Positions 45,581-54,660 of a DNA stretch of 64,000 nucleotides are shown here, piece by piece. The notes beneath the pieces are model-generated. The model was not told the DNA's origin, did not search any database, and was given only the letters and a program-made list of their open reading frames with translations. This stretch comes from Bacteroidota bacterium. Its GTDB lineage: Bacteria > Bacteroidota > Bacteroidia > Chitinophagales > LD1. The number at the start of each line of letters is the position of its first letter. The stretch's first letter is position 1. A program made the position numbers and the translations under genes. Location of the stretch: contig CANJRM010000006.1 of the NCBI GenBank assembly GCA_947476645.1, positions 3,146 through 67,145 on the forward strand, in the 5' to 3' direction.

Positions 45581-47710
45581 ATGTCACAAATTGCCACTAT
45601 CGAAAAAAGAAATAACGGAGTAGCCATTGTTTGGCTCGACCAGCAGAACGAAAAGATTAATAAAGTATCGCTGGAGTTTGTGGAAGGCATTGATAAAATA
45701 TTTCAGGAACTGGAAAACGATAACTCGGTTAAAGCTGCGGTTATTATCAGCAAAAAGAAAGACTGGATTGCCGGTGCCGATATTGAAATGTTTGGCAAGG
45801 TGAAACAGAAGGGCGATTTTATTCAGTTTACCCGCAACGGCCATGTGTCGTTAAACAAATTAGAGAAAGGAAAGAAACCGGTGGTGGCTGCAATCAACGG
45901 TGCTTGCCTTGGTGCAGGAACAGAAATTGCCTTGGCTTGTCATGGTCGTATTGTTAGCGATGATAAGAGCACACACTTTGCTTTGCCTGAAGTTATGCTC
46001 GGCTTGTTGCCTGGTGGTGGGGGTACTCAACGTCTTCCGCGTTTGATAGGAATACAGAAAGCACTCGACATGATGCTGACCGGTAAAAAGATTTACGGTA
46101 AAAAAGCAAAGAGCATTGGTCTTGCCGATAAAGTAACGAACAAAGAAAGTTTGTTGAACGCAGCTATTGATTTCGCTTTGCAACTCGCCAACAAACCTTT
46201 AGTACGCGAAGACAAAAGAACTTTCGTTGAAAAATTTTTAGAGAGCAATCCATTAACGCGCAGAATAATTTACAGCAAGGCAAAGGAGATGGTGATGAAA
46301 CAAACGCAGGGAAATTATCCTGCGCCTCTTCGCATTTTGGAATGTGTGCAGATAGGAATGGAAGAAGGAATGGAGCGCGGGCTCGATGCCGAAGCGGTGA
46401 AGTTTGAAGAATTGATTTTGACAAACGAGAGCCGTCAGTTGATTCGCATTTTCTTCAACATGACCGAGAAGAAAAAGAACCCGTATGCAACGGACTTGAT
46501 TAAATCTACCGATAACATTGCCATGATTGGCGCGGGCTTTATGGGTGCAGGCATTGCACAAGTGAGTGCGGTGGACGGAATAAATGTTTTGCTCAAAGAC
46601 ATTAAAGAAGAAACGCTTCAACAAGCCAAGCAAACTATATGGAGCGATTTAGCCAAGAAGATTAAACGCAAAACCATGACTCAGCCCGAGGCAGAGCAAA
46701 TAGTTAACCGCGTTCAATCGAAATTGGATTACAATGGCTTTGATAAAGTTGACATTATTGTTGAAGCGGTGTTTGAAGAAATAAAACTGAAGCAACGCAT
46801 AGTAGCTGATTGCGAAGCAGCTTCTTTACCTAACACTATTTTTGCAAGCAACACTTCTGCTCTTCCAATTTCACATGTGGCAGAAAAAGCAGCGCGACCT
46901 GAGAACATTATTGGTATGCACTACTTTTCTCCTGTTCCCAAAATGCCTTTGCTCGAAATTATAAAGACACCAAAAACTGCCGACTGGGTTACGGCTACTT
47001 GTTTTGAACTCGGCATTCGTCAGGGCAAGACTTGCATTGTAGTGAATGACGGCCCGGGCTTTTATACCACACGTATTCTGGCGCCTTACATGAACGAATG
47101 TTTCCTCTTGATAGAAGAAGGTTGCGAAGCAGGCTTTATTGACAAAGCGATGAAGCAATGGGGTTTCCCTGTGGGACCTGTGACTTTGCAGGATGAAGTA
47201 GGCATTGATGTAGGCGCGCATATTATGAAAGGCGAGCTTGCCGAAATGGCGAAACTGCGCGAAGGTGCACGCACCAGCGATGCTATTTTGAAAATGTTTA
47301 ACGATGGTTACCACGGCAAGAAGAACAAGAAGGGCATGTATAAATATGATGAGAAAGGAAAGAAGCAGGGCATTAACGAAGACATCTACAAATACTTCGG
47401 TAATCCTAAACGCAAAGAGTTTACGATAGAGACTATACAGAACCGCATGGGCATGATGTTCCTGAACGAGTGCCTGCACTGTCTGGAAGAAAATATTTTA
47501 GAAAGCCCTACCGATGGCGATGTTGGTGCAGTGTTTGGGTTAGGCTTTCCTCCGTTTACCGGTGGACCTTTCCGTTATCTGGACCACCAGGGTGCTGATA
47601 AAATTGTTGCGCTGATGGAAGACTTATCTTCTAAATACGGTGCGCGCTTTAAGCCCGCTAATATTTTGAAGGAGTATGCGAAGGAGGGGAGGAGGTTTCA
47701 TGCTAATTAA
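45581..47710 (+). CDS. Fused enoyl-CoA hydratase / 3-hydroxyacyl-CoA dehydrogenase (FadB/FadJ type)
   Basis: Crotonase N-terminal part (AAINGACLGAGTEIALAC), a Rossmann motif IGAGFMGAGIA, and 3HCDH C-terminal domains. 709 aa. Confidence 0.9.
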   Translation: MSQIATIEKRNNGVAIVWLDQQNEKINKVSLEFVEGIDKIFQELENDNSVKAAVIISKKKDWIAGADIEMFGKVKQKGDFIQFTRNGHVSLNKLEKGKKPVVAAINGACLGAGTEIALACHGRIVSDDKSTHFALPEVMLGLLPGGGGTQRLPRLIGIQKALDMMLTGKKIYGKKAKSIGLADKVTNKESLLNAAIDFALQLANKPLVREDKRTFVEKFLESNPLTRRIIYSKAKEMVMKQTQGNYPAPLRILECVQIGMEEGMERGLDAEAVKFEELILTNESRQLIRIFFNMTEKKKNPYATDLIKSTDNIAMIGAGFMGAGIAQVSAVDGINVLLKDIKEETLQQAKQTIWSDLAKKIKRKTMTQPEAEQIVNRVQSKLDYNGFDKVDIIVEAVFEEIKLKQRIVADCEAASLPNTIFASNTSALPISHVAEKAARPENIIGMHYFSPVPKMPLLEIIKTPKTADWVTATCFELGIRQGKTCIVVNDGPGFYTTRILAPYMNECFLLIEEGCEAGFIDKAMKQWGFPVGPVTLQDEVGIDVGAHIMKGELAEMAKLREGARTSDAILKMFNDGYHGKKNKKGMYKYDEKGKKQGINEDIYKYFGNPKRKEFTIETIQNRMGMMFLNECLHCLEENILESPTDGDVGAVFGLGFPPFTGGPFRYLDHQGADKIVALMEDLSSKYGARFKPANILKEYAKEGRRFHAN

Positions 47711-47748
47711 AAACATCTGCAAGCACTAATCGTTAATCTCCCATTGTA

Positions 47749-47810
47749 TTTTGATTAGCGATTGAAGATTAATCCCGATAGGTATCGGGACAGAATGCAG
47801 AAGTGAATAC
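47749..47810 (-). repeat. Dispersed ~50-bp repeat, copy B (inverted), interrupted by an 18-bp palindrome
   Basis: TTTTGATTAGCGATTGAAGATTAA[TCCCGATAGGTATCGGGA]CAGAATGCAGAAGTGAATAC. The bracketed palindrome replaces the CGATTG found in copy A. Confidence 0.85.
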
Positions 47811-47893
47811 AGACATACCTAAAGAATAAATAGTTGTTCGTGACGTATTGTAAAGCCGATACTAAACACCAATAACGGCAAAACCAATAAGTA

Positions 47894-48082
47894 ATGGACG
47901 ATATACTAATCTCTCTCTTCCTTTTTGCAATAGGAGTTTTCTTAATAATGATAATGGGGAAACGCTCATCAAAACACGCATTAAATTTTATTGAAACAAT
48001 TCAGTCATACCTCTGGGGAAGTTTTTTTATACTGGGTAGCGTTTTTGTTCTTTTAAGATTCCTTTATCATCTCATACACTAA
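47894..48082 (+). CDS. Possible small two-TM membrane protein
   Basis: 62-aa ORF with two hydrophobic helices. There is no other support. Confidence 0.35.
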   Translation: MDDILISLFLFAIGVFLIMIMGKRSSKHALNFIETIQSYLWGSFFILGSVFVLLRFLYHLIH

Positions 48083-48255
48083 CAATAAATAATCTTCGTC
48101 CCCGCAGACCCTCCACCTCAGAACCCTGCGCAAGAACAACTTCTTCTACCTGTTCCATAGAACCTCAAAAAAATATAAAAGGCAACTTTTTTGCTCAGTT
48201 CGCGTCTTAAAATTATACCTGTTTTTTAAAGGTTTTCGTTACTAAAGAAAACGTT

Positions 48256-48468
48256 ATGAATAAGTATAAACATCTGTCTGATGAGGCGCGGAAACTCCGT
48301 AGCAAGATAAAGATGTGCCTATCTAAAAGAAGCTACGAAACCAAAGAAGAAGCTTACCAAAAGGGTCAGGAGATTTATAAGTGTAAGCATTGCGGCAAAT
48401 GGCACCGCAGCGGGCAATTATCACGGTTTATGTATCATTTAAGAAAGGGACATTACAGATTTGGATAG
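48256..48468 (+). CDS. Possible small basic Cys/His (zinc-ribbon-like) protein
   Basis: 70-aa ORF containing YKCKHCGKWH plus an upstream Cys. The A-rich upstream region is compatible with a Bacteroidota start context. Confidence 0.4.
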   Translation: MNKYKHLSDEARKLRSKIKMCLSKRSYETKEEAYQKGQEIYKCKHCGKWHRSGQLSRFMYHLRKGHYRFG

Positions 48469-48535
48469 TCAAGCCTGGCAAGAACGAAAATTGCTTCCCG
48501 CCCTTTATCTTTTTGTTCTAATTGATTAAAAGCGC

Positions 48536-49186
48536 TCTTTAATGCATTGGAGCCCATTTCTAATCAATTAAGTTTGCTCTCTAATGCATTAAGTTGTCTT
48601 CCTAATGCATTAGAGATCCTTTCTAATACATTAAGCGGTCGCACTAAAGCATTAAAAACCCTCTCCAATGCATTAAAATCTCTTTCTAATTCATTAAAGA
48701 GCCTTTCTAATGAATTAAAATGCCTTTCTAATGCATTAGAAACCCTTTCTAATCAACCTGAAACATGCTCAGGTGCACCCGAGCATGTTTCAGGTGAACC
48801 CAAGAGCCTTTCAGGATGACCCGAGCCTTACTCATGTCCACCTGAGCGCGTTTCCGATGTATCAGCGCGTTCTCTAAATGCTATAAAAAAGGGCTTGCGT
48901 GCACTCAAATGTGGTTTGCGTGCACGCGAGACGTTCTTGCATGCATGCAAAGGGTTCATGCATGTACGCAAGACCTTCATGTGAGTACGCCAGACAGTTC
49001 TGCATGAACGCAAAACGTTCAAGCGTGTACGCAAGCCAGTTATGCATGCACACAAGCCCTGCTTGAATGAACGCAGTGGAGCTTCGCGTGTACGCAAGCC
49101 CTTCTTGTATGAATGCAAAAGCCTTTCACATAGATATAATTAGGATTTGCATGCATGCAAATGTCTTTTATATGGATGAAAAGGCA
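48536..49186. repeat. Strictly phased 21-bp tandem array (31 units, no indels) of dyad-symmetric cores that drift from TTCTAATGCATTAGAA-type to CTTGCATGCATGCAAG / TGCGTGCACGCA-type
   Basis: The unit register was verified at 48536, 48557 and so on to 49166. The dyad centre sits at the same unit position throughout. Perfect 18-bp palindromes occur at 48725..48742 and 49145..49162, and a 38-bp palindrome at 48757..48794. Confidence 0.9.
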
Positions 49187-49314
49187 ATAAGCAAAGACGT
49201 AAAGGAATATTTCCTCTCCGCCTCAGCAGACATCTGTACTTTCTTTTCTTTCTCTTTCCAAAAACTTTTAGTTTTACCTTCGACAACTTCATTCTTTAAC
49301 CTAAACTAAAACCT

Positions 49315-49587
49315 ATGCCTAAGTATATCATTGAAAGAAACATTCCGGGTGCAAGTAAATTGACACCCGAGCAACTAAAAGGTATTTCACAAACCTCGTG
49401 CACCGTGCTGGGTGGCATGGGTCCGCAAATACAATGGAAACACAGTTATGTGGCGGGCGATAAAATTTATTGCGTTTACATAGCTCCTAACGAAGAGGCT
49501 ATTCGAGAGCATGCTGCCAAAGGCGGCTTTCCTGCAAATCTGGTTACCGAGGTTTCGCATATTATTGACCCTACTACGGCTGAGTAA
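49315..49587 (+). CDS. DUF4242-family protein
   Basis: MPKYIIERNIPGA...GPQIQWKHSYVAGDKIYCVYIAPNEEAIREHAAKGGFPA...IDP matches the family pattern. Confidence 0.8.
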   Translation: MPKYIIERNIPGASKLTPEQLKGISQTSCTVLGGMGPQIQWKHSYVAGDKIYCVYIAPNEEAIREHAAKGGFPANLVTEVSHIIDPTTAE

Positions 49588-49758
49588 CTTCTCCCTTTTC
49601 ACGAGTAAGGAAACCTTGGATTCACAAGAAGGTGTATTTCCGCTATGTAGAGTCAGAAAATCTTCCGAAGGTCTAATTACTATTTTGTTTACATAGCAAT
49701 CGGCTGCAAAATATTTTATACTTACAACCGCAAAAAGCAGAAGGAAAACCAAACACTT

Positions 49759-50352
49759 ATGCAAGCACCTAATTACAATTTCGACAAGCGGAGGTTCGAG
49801 ACTTTTTTTGATGGCATAATTGCTATTATTCTTACCATTCTCGTACTGGAACTAAAACTACCCGAAACCGAACATGCCGAAAATTTAAGCACGCAACAGC
49901 AATTGGTTTGTCTACTACCCATGTTTGTGAGTTACACAGGTTCGTTTCTTTTAATTGTAGGTATATGGCTCGACCACCACATTCTGTTTTTGAACGTGCA
50001 AAAACTCACCAAGCCCTATGTGTTGCTCAACATGCTTTTTATTCTGTCGCTTTCGATTGTGCCTTTTACTACCGCCTTTGCCGGCAATCATTATCACGAC
50101 AACTTTGCTGTGGCTTTGCTTTTTGCCAATTACTTTGTGATGAATGTGTTTTTTGGAATGTTATACTGGTATGGCTCTGTAAAGAAACTGGTATCCAAAG
50201 AGTTCCTTGATGATAATAAAACCACGTCTATCTATTCAGCTATTGGTATTATAGGTTTAGCATTCGCTATTCCGCTGGCTTATTTCAATACTTATTTATC
50301 GTTTGCTTTAGGCATTCTTATTTTTTCGGGTCACCTTTTGAAGAAGAAGTAA
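49759..50352 (+). CDS. TMEM175/DUF1211-family potassium channel
   Basis: RFETFFDGIIAIILTILVLEL signature (RxxxFxD) in the first of 6 TM helices. Confidence 0.8.
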   Translation: MQAPNYNFDKRRFETFFDGIIAIILTILVLELKLPETEHAENLSTQQQLVCLLPMFVSYTGSFLLIVGIWLDHHILFLNVQKLTKPYVLLNMLFILSLSIVPFTTAFAGNHYHDNFAVALLFANYFVMNVFFGMLYWYGSVKKLVSKEFLDDNKTTSIYSAIGIIGLAFAIPLAYFNTYLSFALGILIFSGHLLKKK

Positions 50353-50465
50353 CAGGCGGCAGGCAAGGAATTTAGTGTTTAGAAAGTAAACCGTTGGATA
50401 AAACGGATAGAACGTTTTCTATCTTCTAGTTAGCACATTCAATAAATACTTTAATTCGCTTTGCA

Positions 50466-51875
50466 ATGAACCGCAAAGAGTTTAATCGTCTTAGTGCTTT
50501 AGCTGTGGCTTCAATCCTGGTGTCGCCTTATGTGCAAGCAGCGGTTGATGTTTCCAAACGTCCTTCTCATTCCAAAAGAAAGTTCGTGAGCAAAGCTGTT
50601 GATGCATTGATTGAAGAAATAAAACAAAACATCAGCGATAAAGAATTAGCTGCGCTGTTCGAAAACTGTTACCCCAACACACTCGACACCACCGTATTTT
50701 TTGACCTCAACAATGGTGTGCCCGATACTTATGTAATAACCGGAGATATTGATGCCATGTGGCAGCGCGATTCATCGGCACAGGTAAATCCCTATTTGCC
50801 GCTTTGCGCAAAAGACAAAGAGTTGTCACTGATGGTTGAAGGACTTATTCGCAGACAAACGCGCAACATTCTCCTCGACCCTTATGCCAATGCGTTTTAT
50901 AAAGATGAAGCAAAAGTAAGCCGGTGGAAGAACGATAAAACCGAAATGAAACAGGGCGTACACGAGCGCAAATGGGAACTCGATTCGCTTTGTTATTGCA
51001 TACGACTCACATATCGTTATTGGAAAATTACAGGCAATCAAGCTATGTTCAACGATAACTGGTTACAAGCTATGAAGCTAGCTGTGGCAACCATGAAAGA
51101 GCAACAGCGCAAAAACGATAAAGGTTCTTATCACTTTCAACGCGTTGGCAATGCTCACGACACTTTAATCAATGGTGGATATGGAAGTCAAGTAAAATAT
51201 ACGGGCATGATTTGTTCGGCTTTTAGAAACAGCGATGATGCCACTACTTACCTTTACAACATCCCCGAAAATCTTTTTGCGGTAACTGCATTGCAACAAC
51301 TGGCAGAAATGATTCAAACTGTTTTCCCTCAGGAACCGTTGGCAAAAGAATGTTTGGAGTTAGCCGGTGAAGTTGAGAACGCGGTAAAAGAATACGGCAT
51401 TACAAGCCATAACGACTTCGGAAAAATATATGCTTATGAATGCGATGGCAAAGGCAACTATCTGTTTATGGAAGATGCGGGCATTCCGGGCTTAGTTACC
51501 ATTCCTTATCTCGGTTACGGAAACGTGAACGATGAAATATATCAGCGCACGAGAAGTTTTGCATTGAGCAAAGCCAATCCTTATTTTTATAAATCAGAAA
51601 AATATGAAGGCACAGGAAGCCCGCATTTGGATTGGAAAGGAAATATGATTTGGCATTTGGGAATTATTTCGCGGGCCTTTACTTCCATCAAAGACGAGGA
51701 AATAAAATACTGCCTTCAGTTACTTAAAACTACTCATGCAGGTAAAGGATTTATGCATGAAGGCTTCCGCAAAAACAATCCGAACGATTTTACCCGTTCG
51801 TGGTTTGCCTGGGCTAACAGTTATTTTGGCGAAATGCTGTTGAAAGTTTACAACGAGAAAAAGTATTTGTTGTAG
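50466..51875 (+). CDS. Glycoside hydrolase family 125 (metal-independent exo-alpha-1,6-mannosidase, DUF1237)
   Basis: TGDIDAMWQRDSSAQ motif. About 470 aa with an N-terminal signal that has a Tat-like NRKEFNRLSALAVA. Confidence 0.8.
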   Translation: MNRKEFNRLSALAVASILVSPYVQAAVDVSKRPSHSKRKFVSKAVDALIEEIKQNISDKELAALFENCYPNTLDTTVFFDLNNGVPDTYVITGDIDAMWQRDSSAQVNPYLPLCAKDKELSLMVEGLIRRQTRNILLDPYANAFYKDEAKVSRWKNDKTEMKQGVHERKWELDSLCYCIRLTYRYWKITGNQAMFNDNWLQAMKLAVATMKEQQRKNDKGSYHFQRVGNAHDTLINGGYGSQVKYTGMICSAFRNSDDATTYLYNIPENLFAVTALQQLAEMIQTVFPQEPLAKECLELAGEVENAVKEYGITSHNDFGKIYAYECDGKGNYLFMEDAGIPGLVTIPYLGYGNVNDEIYQRTRSFALSKANPYFYKSEKYEGTGSPHLDWKGNMIWHLGIISRAFTSIKDEEIKYCLQLLKTTHAGKGFMHEGFRKNNPNDFTRSWFAWANSYFGEMLLKVYNEKKYLL

Positions 51876-52001
51876 CGCTACCGAACTTGCACTTCAACTT
51901 TTCGAAAACATACACTGTGTTTTCCGTTGTGTAAATAATCTTAATGCCATTTGTGCGAATACCGATTAATTCCATTTTTATTGTCGTATTCAATTCACTT
52001 G

Positions 52002-52646
52002 ATGAAATATCTGGCAGTACTGGTTTCGTGTTTCTTCTTTCTTTCATCTAAATCGGCCGACACGCTTTACGTGGAGGATTTTAAGGATGAAAGATATCTG
52101 CGCTTTCTCGATTCTATGAAGGCGTATGAAGTTTCATACTCCGTAGCAAAAAACATTGCCGATTCTGTAAAAAGCATTATAGGCAGTAACGCGCTTGACG
52201 ATTTCTTTTTAGGCAGATTCACTTCCGATGCCGAAACTTCTTCGGGCGAATATTTTTACAGTTTTAATACAGATATAAAAGTTGAACTGGGTCATGTAAA
52301 CAGTGCCTACCGCGGCATGAAAAATGAAGCCAAGTTTCCGTGGAAATATTTAGAAACGCAGTATAAAAGATTAGATGCACTTAAAATTTTGCCAAGCGGA
52401 GTAATGACCGGAGCTGAGTTACCTAACGTGTATATTTATCTGAAACCAACTACTACAGTTATTTATCGTAAGGTGAGAAGATACACGGTAGTTGACCCGA
52501 GTGTAAAGTTTTTTATGAAGGATAACGGAAAAACAAAAACCGCTTACATACGCAAGTTCTACTACATCCAAATAGGTAACGACCACGAAAGAATCGACAG
52601 CATCGAAAAATTAGACCCTATTAAATTCCAACATATTTCGTTTTAA
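52002..52646 (+). CDS. Hypothetical secreted protein
   Basis: Signal peptide MKYLAVLVSCFFFLSSKSA at the internal ATG 52002. Confidence 0.6.
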   Translation: MKYLAVLVSCFFFLSSKSADTLYVEDFKDERYLRFLDSMKAYEVSYSVAKNIADSVKSIIGSNALDDFFLGRFTSDAETSSGEYFYSFNTDIKVELGHVNSAYRGMKNEAKFPWKYLETQYKRLDALKILPSGVMTGAELPNVYIYLKPTTTVIYRKVRRYTVVDPSVKFFMKDNGKTKTAYIRKFYYIQIGNDHERIDSIEKLDPIKFQHISF

Positions 52647-52801
52647 GTTTCTCTTACGGTTAACACCTATCATTCTTCCAATTCCGTATGATTGATTCTG
52701 TATTACTAAACAATACTGCTCATAATCGGGACAAAAAATTTTATGCATTATCGCATCCGCTTTTATTTAATAGTGAGTTAACTTGAGCATAACTGGATAT
52801 C

Positions 52802-54604
52802 ATGAATACACCTCCCGATAAGGAGAATACATACGGAACCGTTACACCCGAAGTACCCAATACTAAATACTTTTTAACCACCGAGCAATTCAACAAAGGG
52901 GTAGGCACACATTTTATAAGACATGCTAACCGCACTTTAGAGAAAGGGCAAAAATTTATGGTGGGGCTTTCGCACGGGCAATCGCCTGCCGGTGTGTATC
53001 AGTATATTTTTGAGCATTACAGCGAACTCAAAAATCCGGAGAACATTCTTTACACCTTTGTCAATTCGCCCAGTAACAGGCAACGTAGTCTGGAAGATAT
53101 TATGGATGCGCGCGAGTTTGTAAAAAAACTTTTTCGCAATCGTTTAATCACCCGCGAACAAATTATTGGTTACAGCTTCAGTCAAGAAAGTATGGAAGCA
53201 TACGCGACCGATTTCAATCAATCGGTTTCGGCTTATCTTAAAGAGCATAACAAAGAAGGATTTGATTATGTGTTTCTCTCCTGCAATCCGCGTGGAATGG
53301 TGGCGGCTATTGAACGCAAATCAACCGCATTCAACTCTACTGATATTGCCGTTGTAGTCGACAGCAACAAGCAGAAAAAAATTACGGGCACTCCTTATTT
53401 TCTCATGCGCTCCAAACGCATTGCCTTTCTTGCTACCAAAGCCGATAAGAGACGACCTCTTGCATGGCTTTTTGCGATTGATGCCAAGCCCGACCAAAGC
53501 CCCGGCTTTTTGCGTTACATACCGAGCGTGCAAAAACGCATGACGGTTTTTATTGACGACAAAGCATTGACCTGGCCGCAAATAGAAGTGAAACGCGAAA
53601 CACCTTATGGCATAAGTACCATACGTGTAGATACAGCTAACTCCTATAAAGAAAACGCCAAAGAAAAATTACCGGTAGTGGTGCTCATTCATGGTTTTCT
53701 TGGTTTGAATTCTTACGATGGGTTGCTGTCAATTCTTCCTTCGCATTTATACATAGCTGCTGCTATGCATTACGGCTCTATACCAAACGACCTTCCACCT
53801 TCCGAATATTCGCACCACATTGCCAGCAATATTGATGCAGTGGTAGATTACTTCGGTTCGAAGGGTCACCCTATTTATATTTACGACCACTCCATGGGCA
53901 ACATCTACTTTATGATGATTGACCGTGAGTTGAATAAATATCCTGCGGTAAAAAAATATTTGCGCGGGCGCATTGGAGCTAATCCTTTCTTTGGTGAAGA
54001 AGCTAAACATGCCACCATTGGTTTTCTCGACAACGTTATTCTGCCTGCATTAAAACATATCAAAGGTCTTGCTGCTAAAACCATGTTGGTTACCCTGCGA
54101 GGAGTTATTCCTATGGATTCAAAAAACGGTGTGCGCAAACGCGGCATTCAGCTTTCCGATTGGCTCATTAGTAAAGAGAGCAACATGCGCGAACGTATTT
54201 GGGCTGCTGCTAAAGAACGTATACTTTACCTGATGACGAATATGGATTCGTTGCCGCATCTCAATCGCATTCCTATTGAGCGCGCGTTAAATCGTTTACC
54301 TGCAAAGGTGTTTGCTATTCAAACACACTCAGCCCTTGAGCAAAGCATTGTGTTCGACAACCAAAAAGGGTTGGTGAATATTCCCAACAAAAATATTCCT
54401 GTGCTTATTCTCAAAAGCGAACGTGACGGAGTAGCCCGTTTTGTGCCTCGTATTTACAAAGGCCCAAACATTGAAGTAATGGATGTAACCAATCACAACG
54501 AATACGACCTCTTCCGCGAACATCTCTTTCATATGGCGCATCCGCATCGCACCACGCGAATTATTGATGAATTTATCAGAAAGACAGAAGAAGACAATAA
54601 GTGA
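52802..54604 (+). CDS. Fusion protein: NagB/6-phosphogluconolactonase-like N-terminal domain plus a C-terminal alpha/beta hydrolase
   Basis: N-terminal FMVGLSHGQSPAGVYQYI resembles the LSGGSTP motif of the sugar-phosphate isomerase/lactonase fold. The C-terminal part has VVLIHGFLGLNSY and the nucleophile elbow DHSMGN. Confidence 0.7.
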   Translation: MNTPPDKENTYGTVTPEVPNTKYFLTTEQFNKGVGTHFIRHANRTLEKGQKFMVGLSHGQSPAGVYQYIFEHYSELKNPENILYTFVNSPSNRQRSLEDIMDAREFVKKLFRNRLITREQIIGYSFSQESMEAYATDFNQSVSAYLKEHNKEGFDYVFLSCNPRGMVAAIERKSTAFNSTDIAVVVDSNKQKKITGTPYFLMRSKRIAFLATKADKRRPLAWLFAIDAKPDQSPGFLRYIPSVQKRMTVFIDDKALTWPQIEVKRETPYGISTIRVDTANSYKENAKEKLPVVVLIHGFLGLNSYDGLLSILPSHLYIAAAMHYGSIPNDLPPSEYSHHIASNIDAVVDYFGSKGHPIYIYDHSMGNIYFMMIDRELNKYPAVKKYLRGRIGANPFFGEEAKHATIGFLDNVILPALKHIKGLAAKTMLVTLRGVIPMDSKNGVRKRGIQLSDWLISKESNMRERIWAAAKERILYLMTNMDSLPHLNRIPIERALNRLPAKVFAIQTHSALEQSIVFDNQKGLVNIPNKNIPVLILKSERDGVARFVPRIYKGPNIEVMDVTNHNEYDLFREHLFHMAHPHRTTRIIDEFIRKTEEDNK

Positions 54605-54660
54605 TTTAGCTGCTTAAAGTGCGCTTCAGTTTTTTATGTTTGCACTCCAAAATTTAAGTC

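Noticed and set aside
48547-49118. Track ORFs 48547..48819 (+, LSNALKS heptads) and 48828..49118 (-, Arg/Cys-rich heptads) as real coiled-coil proteins
   Set aside because: The same 21-bp periodicity runs uninterrupted through both ORFs on opposite strands and beyond them. The + ORF needs a TTG start, and the - ORF has an implausible Arg/Cys/His composition. The sister array at 15.5 kb has a 41-bp period that cannot code. The signal conserved along the array is dyad symmetry rather than an amino-acid pattern. A short heptad-repeat peptide from the + ORF cannot be fully excluded.
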